Below are positions 21,407-32,920 of a stretch of DNA of 38,889 nt, one piece after another. The translations under genes and the position numbers were made by a program. The notes below the pieces were generated by a model. That model ran no database searches. It was not told where the DNA came from and was given only the letters and a program-made list of their open reading frames with translations. Position 1 is the first letter of the stretch, and every line of letters begins with the position of its first letter. Location of the stretch: positions 1-38,889 of the forward strand of contig JAQGDQ010001478.1 in the NCBI GenBank assembly GCA_030141605.1. Direction: 5' to 3'. This stretch comes from Tubiluchus corallicola. Its lineage: Eukaryota; Animalia; Priapulida.

Positions 21407-21711
21407 TAATACTGACTTTGCCAAATTCGGATGTGAATACATTCGGCCTCGGTGGGCGGAATAGCCATAATATTGACTTTGTCAATTTCGGATGTGAATA
21501 CATTCGGCCTCGGTGGGCGGAATAGCCATAATATTGACTTTGTCAAATTCGGATGTGAATACATTCGGCCTCGGTGGGCGGAATAGCCATAATATTGACT
21601 TTGTCAAATTCGGATGTGAATACATTCGGCCTCGGTGGGCGGAATAGCCATAATATTGACTTTGTCAAATTCGGATGTGAATACATTCGGCCTCGGTGGG
21701 CGGAATAGCCA
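21407..21711. repeat. Tandem repeat, 61-bp unit x5, UBE2V intron 2
   Basis: CGGATGTGAATACATTCGGCCTCGG at 21428, 21489, 21550, 21611, 21672. Confidence 0.97.
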
Positions 21712-21943
21712 GAATTGATATAGCAAATAAAACCACCTTGAACATTTGAAGACCTGGAAGTAAGACATCCATTTACTGGACACATTGTTGCTAAACTTAG
21801 GTTGCTAAGCACACATCATTACCATTTGGCTGTTCCCAAAACCCTGCCCCAAAGCAGATTAGCGATAATGAAAGTAAAAAAAGTTGTCGAAGCTAAAATA
21901 GGTTTAGCTTTTGACTGCTTATGTTTTTCTTTTTCCGTTGCAG

Positions 21944-22069
21944 ACAACATTTGAGAATAGGATGTACAATTTACGTATAGAGTGCGGTAGTCGATACCCG
22001 GAAGATCCTCCGACAGTCAGATACACAACTAGGATTAATTTGAATGGTGTAAATAGCCAAACTGGTGTG
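21944..22069 (+). CDS. UBE2V: UBE2V coding exon 3
   Basis: TTGCAG acceptor; 126 nt TTFENRMYNLRIECGSRYPEDPPTVRYTTRINLNGVNSQTGV; GTAAGT donor. No E2 HPN motif or catalytic Cys, as expected for a UEV. Confidence 0.97.
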
Positions 22070-22305
22070 GTAAGTGACCGTCTCATCATCAACATCATCA
22101 TCATACGCCCGTCACGTCTATTGTAGACACTGGGCAGGCAGAAGTCTGTTGCCGCCTGAATATTTTAGCAGTCAAGTCACTTTAGTTCTGTTTGTTTTTT
22201 GGCAAAAGTTGAAAGTTGGTGAACTTCTTAAAAGCCTGGATGACATCAATACAAACACTGATTTATTAATCCCACACATTGATATACGAAGATAGGTGAA
22301 CTTAT

Positions 22306-22618
22306 CTGAGATGTGCCTTGTTTTCTGAATGTTTTATATCTTTGTATTAAAAATAGAAAATGTTTAATACACAATTTAAAATACAACTCTACCTATAAGT
22401 CTACTAGTTGTAGGAATTTTAACTCTTCAGGAACGTACCATTCAAAACAGGTCTTATAAGACTGAGATGTGCACTGCTTCCGGAGCATTTTATATCTTTG
22501 TACTAAAAATAGAAAATGTTATGTGCACAATTTAAAATAGAACTCTACCTAAAAGTGTACTAGTTGTAAGAATTTTAACTCCGTCAGGACCGTATCATTA
22601 AAACTAGGTCTTATAAGA
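22306..22618. repeat. Diverged tandem duplication, ~156 bp x2
   Basis: CTGAGATGTGC at 22306 and 22462, both ending in AGGTCTTATAAGA. Confidence 0.9.
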
Positions 22619-23417
22619 TCTTTGACTTTTCTGCTACTGTATGAGACATAACTGAATAATTACAAATTAGGTACTGTTCTATTCATGATAATCTGGGCTA
22701 TCCCATAATGCTATTTGTTGTTTAAACAATTATAAGTGATTTAATTGGTTAAAATCAAGAAAAACGCCCTCTTCAGGTCCATTGAGCAGCTTAGTCTGAG
22801 GTACACTTGCACAATCGCACACACTATTTTATTGATCGCTTGCTTGCTATGACCCAAGAAAACTGCTATACAGAGTTCCAGGAAAAGCCAACCAATCAGC
22901 CAAGGAGAAGGTCGTTTCATCCTTTAATAGAAATTTCTCCTTAAGAATAGAGTAGACTTGAGGCCAAAGTGTATTAGAGTGTTGTGTCTGAACAGTTGAA
23001 ATTTTCTGTATTAGCCAGTTTCACACAAGCGATACTGTACATTGTTACCGTGCAAACGCTGCAGTTACTGAAGGCTTTTTCAATTTTTTCATCAAAAATC
23101 AATTTTAATTTGTCCAAGGTAAGCAAATGCGTTTTGTGTATAATTTTGCATGAAAGCCCATCGTAGAAACCTACAAAAATTATCAAGTATAACGTAGTTG
23201 TTGCTCAGCAAGAGCAGTTTTTCATGAAGCCACACAAAATGCAGCAAAGCTTACAGTCCTGAAGGAGTTGAAAAATATTCGAAGCATTGAATAACGTAGA
23301 TGTAACAATATTGGTGCTAACTTGTTTCCTAGGTATGTAATTATCAACCGATCCATACCTGTAATGTTATTATTGTCACATCCAGATGCAAGCTCCCTTA
23401 TTTTCCTATTTCTTTTA

Positions 23418-23876
23418 CCGTATATACTCGCATATAAGCCGAATTTAGAACTATAAAATACAATACTGAAATCAGGGGGTCGGCTTATATGCGCATGAAA
23501 CAAAATGAACACAAGGAGAGACACTAATGCCAATTTTCCAGCCACACATTTTCATCGCTATCTGACTCTTTATTTGGTTGTGTGTCACCAGTGGTGTATT
23601 GGAGGGGGATCGTGGGGGATCGCCGTCCACCCACTTTTTTTAGAAAAAATTCACATTTCAATAAATGTCTGCTTTTTGTATTCATTAGATAAAAAATATT
23701 AAAAATGTATAAATATATGTGACAAAAAGGGATCAATTTTGTTGATTGGGTATGGAGTAAAATTAGACAAGTTGATGGTCGGCTTATATACGGGTTTTTG
23801 CAAAAACTGGCCATTTTAAAGCAGTTTTAGGGGGTCGGCTTATATGCGATGTAGGCTTATATGCGAGTATATACGG
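23418..23876. mobile_element. Tc1/mariner-superfamily (Tc2/pogo-like) MITE in UBE2V intron 3
   Basis: Perfect 23-bp TIR CCGTATATACTCGCATATAAGCC, TA on both sides, internal GTCGGCTTATAT repeats. An unrelated-looking CAGTGGTGTATTGGAGGGGG fragment at about 23589. Confidence 0.9.
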
Positions 23877-24058
23877 TAAATAAATAACAATTGGTTTTTA
23901 ATAATGACTTCTCTAGTCTCGTTGGTTTTGAAGATCCGTCTTTATCAGTGTTCTTGACACGTAAATAACCATAGAGTTTGTTTGTCCGTTTCTTGTGTTT
24001 GAAGTTAAGAGTTTTACTTATCTTTTTATGGGAAGTTGAGTGCAGAAATGTGTTCCAG

Positions 24059-24199
24059 GTGGACAGGCGAAGTGTACAAATCTTGTCGCGATGGCAACGA
24101 AACTTCAGTATCAAAAACCTCCTTCAAGAACTTCGTCGACTGATGACACTTAAAGAAAATGCAAAACTTCCTCAGCCACCAGAGGGCAGCACTTATTAA
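24059..24199 (+). CDS. UBE2V: UBE2V coding exon 4 (terminal); full protein 144 aa
   Basis: TTCCAG acceptor; [46 protein letters not shown]-stop. Exons sum to 435 nt. Confidence 0.96.
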   Translation: MDRRSVQILSRWQRNFSIKNLLQELRRLMTLKENAKLPQPPEGSTY

Positions 24200-25514
24200 A
24201 TTCATTCCATTGCCTAACATTGTCTAATGGTGCCAGGATGTTCGTTTGTTTGACAATACCCATTGCGTGTCATAGCAAACAACATGTTGCTACTGTTCAC
24301 TTGTTTTCAGACATGTTGCTGTCATTTTGCTGCTGTTTTTTGCTCCATATAAATCTTCGGCAGAAACATGTGTGGTTGCTATTGGAAAACTATGTATTAC
24401 TTATGACATGGATTCAATTGCACCCATTTTTGTCGGTTGCAATGAGATGTCAACATAATATATATATGTATGTATTGTATACCTGCAACATGTTGTCTGC
24501 TCATTTCATCACTGTTCTTGCTACAATATGTTGATATATTGAACATTTTTGTTGCAAACTCTCATTGGAAGTAATACTTCACGTTTGTGGCGACTATTTA
24601 CTCTTGTTGTCAGTCATTTTTTCATTGTTAATTAGGTAATAGATAAAATTAAAATGATAAGGAATGTCATGGGATGCAGCAAAACTGAAATTTATCTAGT
24701 TTTTTTATCGTGTTTCTAGCCATAGAATCTTAGCAAAAATGTTGTAACTCTTTTCCTGACTGTAGACATTATAGTTTTGTTAAATTTCTCTTTGTGCACA
24801 AGTGAAGACGCATTTTACTATGTATACATTGAGAAAATTCTATTTCTGATCATACCTGGTGGAAGAGAAGTTACTATGAAAGTGCTGTAAATCCTGTTAT
24901 GACGATGTTAGTAAAATGTACTTTGGTTTAAAGTATTAATAGCGACTGCATTTGTTTCTTTAAAGTTTATTCGATGCAGCCTTTTTCTTAGTGTCTTTAA
25001 GAAACTGTGGCAGCTTTTTAAAGTTGTTGTTACTTCTAGACTAGACGCAATTAGTTCTCGTGTAAATTAAGTTTCGGTGATAATTGTTACATAAACGTAC
25101 AGGGAAAGAAAAATGTGCTTTGCTGGCATGTGGACTTCTTTTCTCTGTGAAAAATTCTTTGCTCTGCATTTAATGTAAACTGGTTCTTATCAAGCACGAA
25201 TAACTTTATGAAAATATGAAAACAGAACCTGAGGCTTAGACTTATGTGATGCTTTTGTTTGTCTTCTCTCAAAATACTTTTTATTTATTTTATTACAGTT
25301 TGGGCTGCACTTTGAATGATAATATTTTGTGCATAACTTATGTTAATATTTTGAATAAGCCACATTTTTCTGTGCTCTTTCTATAGTTTGCAAAACATAG
25401 ATATCCTTTCACGGTTTTCCTGTTCCCATTGCATAGAATTTACAAGTATCGAGTTCTATACAATGAGATTCTTTACTTGTTAGTTAAAATTTATTATTAA
25501 CATTTGAGTAATAT

Positions 25515-25649
25515 TCTCATTGTTCTTCTGCTGTGACAGTGGCGTGACTCTCATTGTTCTTCTGCTATGACAGTGGCGTGACTCTCATTGTTCTTCTGCT
25601 ATGACAGTGGCGTGACTCTCATTGTTCTTCTGCTGTGACAGTGGCGTGA
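25515..25649. repeat. Tandem repeat, 34-bp unit x4
   Basis: TCTCATTGTTCTTCTGCTRTGACAGTGGCGTGAC repeated. Confidence 0.95.
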
Positions 25650-26103
25650 ACTCGAGACTCCCTGTTCAGAAATCTCTGCATGAAATCTTTTTTTAAGTTT
25701 TTTCCATCTCATTTGGATACAACTTTATAAATCAAACACGCAACGCAAAGAAACCTAACAGTTGTGCAGTTTACCTGAACTTGTTTTCATTGCACTACAG
25801 TATAATAAAAGTGATAAATTACTATAATCTGTAACCATCGAAATAGATTTTTCAAATCAAATTCACGAGTTTATGGATTATTGTTTTTGTTAACGCAATC
25901 ACTTACATGCAGTGAGCTATAGTATTAAGTAAGATATCAGTGTGAAATTGTACACGAAACTATAGCTAGTTCTTGCTGTGAAAAGAATGATATATAACAA
26001 GCATTAATAATTGACAAATTATCACACTTGTGCATTAGTGTAATTAAAGAAAGCATAAACGGAGCACGTAATTTCTTTAGAGACTTTGCTGCAGCTAAAT
26101 AAT

Positions 26104-26495
26104 TAGCCTTTTCACAGTTCCAGCGATTGATGATGATCGTTAAAAAATCAAAGGCAAAGTGTGCAAGACTGCGCATTTGTATACACTTGACAACGCCTTG
26201 CAGCCCAAGCTATTGTAATAGTAACAGTTTTAACAGCTAGCTAGAATCTTACCTAGTTCATTTTTTCTTGTTCCCAAGCAAGATCCTGCCAATAAATCAC
26301 TCTATGCACAGATTAATGCATAATTAAGTAAAGTCCATATAAGGCAACTACAGTCACTGAACTGACGCTGCAGACGGCTTTGTTTTACTCACATGTCACG
26401 TGACGGTTGTAGTTAAGATGCGTTGTTGTGGTGGTACACTTAACCTTTGACATACAGCAACTGCGCAGGTACACAACAAAACTGTGAAAGGGCTT
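26104..26495. mobile_element. MITE copy A (AGCCTTTTCACAGTT TIR family)
   Basis: TIRs TAGCCTTTTCACAGTT / AACTGTGAAAGGGCTT flanked by AT; homologous in inverted orientation to 37408-38246. Confidence 0.8.
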
Positions 26496-27208
26496 ATTAT
26501 GGTACGTGACAGTAATGCATTTTTTGAATCACGCAGGCAACCGTGGTGATTTACACTGTTTGGTAATAAAAGAGTAAAAACAAGTGGCGTAATAAAAACG
26601 CTATAAAAATATGGTAACAAATTTTGTAATGTACAGCTTATAAATTAACTGTGATTTAATATTCTAAACCTGCAGTAATTACCCTTGCATGTACTTTGTC
26701 ATCAGTACAATGGTCACTGATACATACAAATTTTAGTAGCAGTTAACTTATTGGCCACGTTTAAAGTACACTCAGTACGCTCAGTGCTTTATTGTGATGG
26801 GTAAGAACTGAATACAGCGCATGCGGGGCACAAAATGGACATTGGTGATGCAGAAAAATTAATTATGATTCAGTCTCTATTCAATTAGACGTGTGTCAAG
26901 TGTTTTAGTGGACAGCTGATGAAAAGTTCGTGACTGTATAAGCAGATTTACATGATCTTTAAAATTAAAAATAGCTAGAAATACATATTGGAGTTAGTGA
27001 AGTGCTACATTGGATTAATTCCTCATTTTATAATTCATTGTATTTCAGGGTCAATTCCGATAATTCATCAGCTAATTACGAATTAATACAGAGTTGTGTT
27101 CAAGCAGGTGAGGCGTTGTCGTCTTAGTATTCAATATATAATCTGTACCTTTGCTCATTATGTTTACCTGCGTGCTTAAATAACGGTAATGTACAGAAAC
27201 GTTTAAAC

Positions 27209-27469
27209 ATGAATAATTTCTTAATCGTGATATCATGTGTGTTTATTGTATATGAGTTGAGATTATGTCACTCAAATATTCAAACTATCCCTCCAATCTT
27301 TGATGATCCAGTCGTGGAAACGCTAAAGGGACATGTGCGTGGAAAAGTTGTGACATGGTGGGAACTAGATCCAAATGATCCATATCAAAACAAGAAGATA
27401 TACTTCAACATCAGTACGTTCTTAGGTATTCCCTATGCAGAAGCTCCTATAGGTAACAGACGATTTAAG
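27209..27469 (+). CDS. Type-B carboxylesterase/cholinesterase/neuroligin-family protein, coding exon 1
   Basis: Signal-peptide-like N-terminus, PVVETLKGHVRG, FLGIPYAEAPIGNRRFK; 261 nt; phase-0 donor AAG|GTTGGT. Confidence 0.92.
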
Positions 27470-27802
27470 GTTGGTACAGCTAAACAAATATCTTTTTACT
27501 AGTCTAGAGTTACTATGTTATATAAGTTAACTCTTTACTTACACCCAGGCAGTGTGTATGTTTAATATCATTTTCAAGGGACAATAAGGTATTGGAGACA
27601 CAAAAGCTAGATTCTCATAAGGAAACTTTACATTTGTACAGAAGTTCAACTGGTGTGTACGTGAATCGATAATTTTTCTAGCTACGAGAAAACTGTTAGT
27701 GTTAAAAGTTTTACAGAACTTATGTGCACTAACCTTGTATTTTGAGATTAAACAATCATAGTTCTTGCACTTAAATGCTAAATTGCGTAAATTTTCTTAT
27801 AG

Positions 27803-27949
27803 AATCCAGACGAACATTTGCCTTGGGTTCAGACTTTGGATACAAAGGAATGTGGACCAGCATGTCCACAGGTACCACAGGGTCAGATTGGTCAAGAAAT
27901 CAGGCGGATTCATGAAGATTGTCTTTACCTGAATGTTTTTTCACCTAAG
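27803..27949 (+). CDS. Carboxylesterase-family coding exon 2
   Basis: TTTTCTTATAG acceptor; NPDEHLPWVQTLDTKECGPACPQVPQGQIGQEIRRIHEDCLYLNVFSPK containing the EDCLYLNV signature; phase-0 GTAAGT donor. Confidence 0.94.
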
Positions 27950-28169
27950 GTAAGTTTTTAATTAGAGCAGCTAAATTAATATTTAAGACTCCCCAAGTGC
28001 CATTGACTTTTCATGACAATAATGATTTTGCATTAAGCTGATGTGAAGCAGTAGGTTAGCTGTGCTATCTAGAGGTGAATTGGTATTTCATAGTTGAGTA
28101 GCCTATTAATTTCTATACATAAATTACCCCAAACAAGCCTGTGAATCTTCTGGGGTATGGGTTAGCTAA

Positions 28170-28520
28170 TGTAAGGTTCCTTTTGAAACGGATGAGTTGT
28201 GCTTAATGAAGAAGCAATTTTCTGAAAAAGAATTCCACAGATAAGAGGCTAGAGGGAAAAACTAGATTATAAATGGCAATTCTACATCAAGGGTAAAACT
28301 ATGAGAACAGGCAGCAAAACAGGAACTAGTGACACGAGGCCCTATTAGCTTCTTGGATTAAAGTATCTAGTAATAAAAGACATTTAATGTAGCAACATAT
28401 GTTCAACGAGGGACTGCATGATTGAATTTCAGATTAGATTTGACGAGGCTTACATTACAATTTTCTATTAAATGTCAAACGGGTTGAGCAACAAGCCAAG
28501 GCACCTCGTTTATGTAGTTC
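28170..28520 (-). mobile_element. Degenerate LINE ORF2 C-terminal relic, same family as 3750-3950
   Basis: Minus strand shares TCTTATCTGTGGAATTC...GAAAATT...AAAARGAACCTTA with the 3.8-kb relic; frameshifted. Confidence 0.6.
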
Positions 28521-28908
28521 ATAATGTAAACATTCTTTAATGATTTATTTAGCACAGTAATCAAACTATTTAATAGGCCTATGTTATAGAACTCACATAT
28601 GCTCATTACTTTCAACTCTTAAGCTACAATGTTGTGTCGTATATCTTAGGCATCATTTGTTGTTTGTGTCCTCTCTTGTGTTACTTTAAAAGTCATGAAG
28701 GTCATATCGCTCACTGAACATTGTGTTAAGTGAGCGATATTAGCAAAAAAATTTAATACAGTGTGAAGAAAAATCAGAACTGATCCTGGATTTGAGCTGG
28801 AAGTTACAAGCTCAATGTTTTAAAGCAGTGAATCAAATAGTCTCTTATGATAATGACTGGTTCTAGTTCCTTAAATTCCCCCATTTAAGCATTTTCAGTG
28901 TTAAATCA

Positions 28909-29938
28909 TACATTAAGTAGGACCTGCCACATTAAGCAGGACCAGCCACATTAAGCAGGACCTGTCACATTAAGTAGGATCTGCCACATTAAGTAGGATC
29001 TACCACATTAAGTAGGACCAGCCACATTAAGTAGGACCAGCCACATTAAGTAGGACCTGCCACATTAAGTAGGACCAGCCACATTAAGTAGGACCTGCCA
29101 CATTAAGTAGGACCTGCCACATTAAGTAGGACCTGCCACATTAAGTAGGACCTGTCACATTAAGTAGGACCTGCCACATTAAGTAGGACCAGCCACATTA
29201 AGTAGGACCTACCACATTAAGTAGGACCTGTCACATTAAGTAGGATCTGCCACATTAAGTAGGACCTACCACATTAAGTAGGACCTGTCACATTAAGTAG
29301 GACCTGTCACATTAAGTAGGACCAGCCACATTAAGTAGGACCTACCACATTAAGTAGGACCTGTCACATTAAGTAGGATCTGCCACATTAAGTAGGACCT
29401 GTCACATTAAGTAGGACCAGCCACATTAAGTAGGACCTACCACATTAAGTAGGACCTGCCACATTAAGTAGGACCTGCCACATTAAGTAGGACCAGCCAC
29501 ATTAAGTAGGACCTGTCACATTAAGTAGGACCTGCCACATTAAGTAGGACCAGCCACATTAAGTAGGACCTGTCACATTAAGTAGGACCTGTCACATTAA
29601 GTAGGATCTGCCACATTAAGTAGGATCTACCACATTAAGTAGGACCTGCCACATTAAGTAGGGCCTGCCCCACTAAGTAGGTCCTGTCGCACTAAGTAGG
29701 ACCTGCCACACTAAGTAGGACCTGCCACATTAAGTAGGACCTGCCACATAAAGTAGGGCCTGCCACATTAAGTAGGACCTGCCACATTAAGTAGGATGTG
29801 CCACATTAAGTAGGGCCTGCCACATTAAGTAGGACCTGCCACATTAAGTACGACCTGCCACATTAAGTACGACCTGTCACATTAAGTAGAACCTGCCACA
29901 TTAAGTAAGGCCTGCCACATTAACTAGGACCTGTCACA
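28909..29938. repeat. Minisatellite, 19-bp unit, about 54 copies
   Basis: CCACATTAAGTAGGACCTG with variants; more degenerate at the right end. Confidence 0.98.
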
Positions 29939-31466
29939 CTATTTGCTATTTTCTGAAGCAAGTTCCAAGTTTCTGCTTTGTTCTTGTAAATAGAAGCGAC
30001 AATTATGTCTGCCATGTTTATAAATCATCAAACTGCATTGCTGTGTGGCATTTGTTGTTACTGCATCAAGTGGTGAAATGTATAGATTATCAAGAGACCT
30101 GACACTTAACAATTGTCTTTTCAGCCATTATTAAGTTTTATGAAATTGTTATTCAACTAGACTTAAGAAATGTTTCAATTTGCACTATGTAGCTAGATAC
30201 TTTTACACTATTTTTGTATGTACTGAATTCCTATTGTACAAAACTATGTAAACGATTATAATTTTTATCAAAAACAATCATGATTACAGGAAATTCATGA
30301 TTGTGTAGATAGAGGTCAATTTTTTGAATTGTTGTAATTAATTTAAAATGTTAAATAAGGTTAATTGTATGTTTAATAAGGTCAAGCTTTGCTCTTGCTT
30401 TGCAATTCCAGCCTGCTATTTTTACTCAGTTACTGCTGCTGTTCACTTGTTTCAGATCAACCAAAAACTGATTAGTGTAACTAGTGTTCAGTCCTTGAAT
30501 CCTTGCTGATATAAATTTGTGTTTTATTCAGAGATTAGTTAACCCATATATTGTGGACGTTAATAAAATTATTAATATGTTACAAATAATCTGATTTTAT
30601 ATTAAATCTTTTGTCTATGCAAATGATTCATTTTGAATCCGGGACTTCACACTTACAGTAGTTTGATTTATAATTTTATATGGAAATCATTTTTTGTTAG
30701 CACATTGCAAAGACCAAGAGTGAAGTGTGCTAAAAATATTAGTTTAGGTTTAAAAGGTTCAGTTCCAATGGAATCACTGGGCACCTCTTGCAGACTGTCT
30801 TTTCGGCATAATGAAGAAACGGGCAATCAAATTTAACTGTTTACAATCATCTAACTTGTATGGTAAAGTGAAAAACTAGCCAATGAAATGGAAAATTAAA
30901 GCGTGAAAAGAAGTTTTTACTTGTTCAGTTAAATTGATTCAATAATGAGTTTGCTGCAACTGTTGCTTTTACGGGAAAAAAACAGAAAAAATCTGAATCT
31001 TTTACCGTGCAGCTACTTTGTCAACTTTTACCATAATTGGTTATAAATAATTAACAGATTATATCAGTTCGCGACACACCGATCAGGTACGGTCCTTACT
31101 GCTCAGCTGTCAGACGATGACTGGTTGATTGTGAGCGACCGAATCACACCAAGTGTGTATTGATACACAGTACACCACAGTACTCCACTAACTCTATGGT
31201 AATCAGTGTTTTTAGTAAGCAGATGATACCCTTTTCAATTAAATTAATTGAAGACTTATAACTAAATTATCAGAGTTGATTGAAAACCTGAGGTTTTGTT
31301 AAATGTGCCTAAAGTTGAACTACATGCTACAGTATAACATACGAGTTATTGGTGTTGTTCGGTCAAGAGTTTACACGTGTGCATGTCTGTTTTGCTGTGT
31401 TGATTTCTGTATTTTTTCATCCTTCGTTTTATTTTTTAATAAAATTTCTTAATACACTGGAAAAAT

Positions 31467-31560
31467 ATGAAGCCAAGCGTTTTTATTTTAATTGCTGGTT
31501 TGCTTATATGTGTGTTAGTAAAAAGTAATAGCGAAATTGTTGAAGGCGAAGCGAAAGAAG
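31467..31560 (+). CDS. PDIA4: PDIA4 coding exon 1 (signal peptide)
   Basis: MKPSVFILIAGLLICVLVKSNSEIVEGEAKE + G|GTATGT; hydrophobic signal peptide; phase 1 fits exon 2. Confidence 0.8.
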
Positions 31561-31984
31561 GTATGTTTTGCTAGACTTCTGTACCGGTGCTGGGTAGTAT
31601 ATATAATATTAATAATGCCGTATGCCATCATATCAATTGTTTCGGTCATAGTAAAGATCGTTTATAGTAACATGAAATTAAACTTTATTGATGGTTAAAA
31701 TTTATAAAATGAAATAGAATTTACCCCAGGGCTAACAGATTATTAAAACCATTAAAGGAAATCTTATTTCTGTTTCGGTTCATTTTAACTTCTTTATGTT
31801 CTTTATACACTGTATTTTATTGTTATCCACATATTACAAGCGCAGTTTGAGTTCCAGATGTCTTTCATGTAAAGCCAAATTACTTCCTTAATTTGATCAA
31901 TCACTCTCTGTGCATATGCATCCCAGGGTTATTTCACTGCTATTAGTAATACTACTACTGTTGCACTACGATTAAGTGCTACAA

Positions 31985-32168
31985 AATTTTCTTAAAATTT
32001 ATACTAATTTGAGAAGGGTAGGTGACTTCATAACCAAATAGTCCTTCCCTACCCTTTCTCCTTCACCCCCTGATAATTTCCTATATGCATATTGTATCCT
32101 AGTTATTAATTAATGCAGTTACAGTCCTTTTTGCCTTCTGGTCTAAATAAATGAGATGAATAAAAAAA
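31985..32168 (+). mobile_element. LINE 3' UTR relic
   Basis: Hairpin GAGAAGGGTAGG...CCTACCCTTTCTC (32011-32060) followed by AATAAA motifs and an A run. Confidence 0.45.
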
Positions 32169-32496
32169 TCTGGCAATAATTTTTTATGTTTCTCATTATT
32201 CTGCATTGCAGTGTACTAGGGTAATTAATTCTTTTATTTTTTAATTTTTATTAAAATGTTTCAGTTTGCATACACTTTTTGCTGAAATCTTACTTATAAT
32301 GCATTTTTGGGTTTTGCCGATAGTCACAGTAAATCCCGCGACTGGTTACTTTGCAGTTTACACTTTCATACTTTTGCATCGTGTCTCTGCTGAACCTCTT
32401 TCTAATTCATTTCTTTTCTCTTTTTCTCTATCTCTGTCTATTATTTTATCTTAACTACTCCCTGTTTTTCTATAATTCTCTCTCTTGTAAATTAAG

Positions 32497-32920
32497 TTTT
32501 TTCACTTTTCATGGTGGTCTGACAAGCTTTGCTTCTTGACCACCATACAGCATCTATTTCTTGTTGATAAACTATTATGTAGTTTAGTAACTATGTTAGT
32601 ACACTTCTGTTAAATTTTTGTAATTATATTTGGAATTTTTTCACTTTTCATGGTGGTCTTACAAGCTTTGCTTCTTGACCACCATACAGCATCTATTTCT
32701 TGTTGACAAACTATTATGTAGTTTATTAACTATGTTGGTACACTTCTGTTAAATTTTTGTAATTATATTTGGAATTTTTTCACTTTTCATGGTGGTCTCA
32801 CAAGCTTTGCTTCTTGACCACCATGCAGCATGTATTTCTTGTTGACAGACTATTATGTAGTTTAGTAACTATGTTAGTACACTTCTGTTAAATTTTTGTA
32901 ATTATATTTGGAATTTTTTC
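32497..32920. repeat. Tandem repeat, 139-bp unit x3, containing a LINE-type 3' hairpin
   Basis: TTCACTTTTCATGGTGGTCT at 32501, 32640, 32779. Confidence 0.96.

Noticed and set aside
23222-23814. ORFs of 107, 96 and 65 aa
   Set aside because: They overlap the MITE in UBE2V intron 3 and have no recognisable motif.
27049-27196. 5' UTR exons of the esterase gene (donors 26801, 27108; acceptors 27048, 27196)
   Set aside because: Splice-like signals only; cannot be resolved without transcripts.
30760-31466. ERSE (CCAAT-N9-CCACG) upstream of PDIA4
   Set aside because: CCAAT/ATTGG boxes are present but none has the correctly spaced CCACG.
32500-32540. FFTFHGG as the missing esterase oxyanion-hole exon
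   Set aside because: A stop follows within 7 codons, there is no PVMV context, and it lies in the triplicated LINE-type hairpin.
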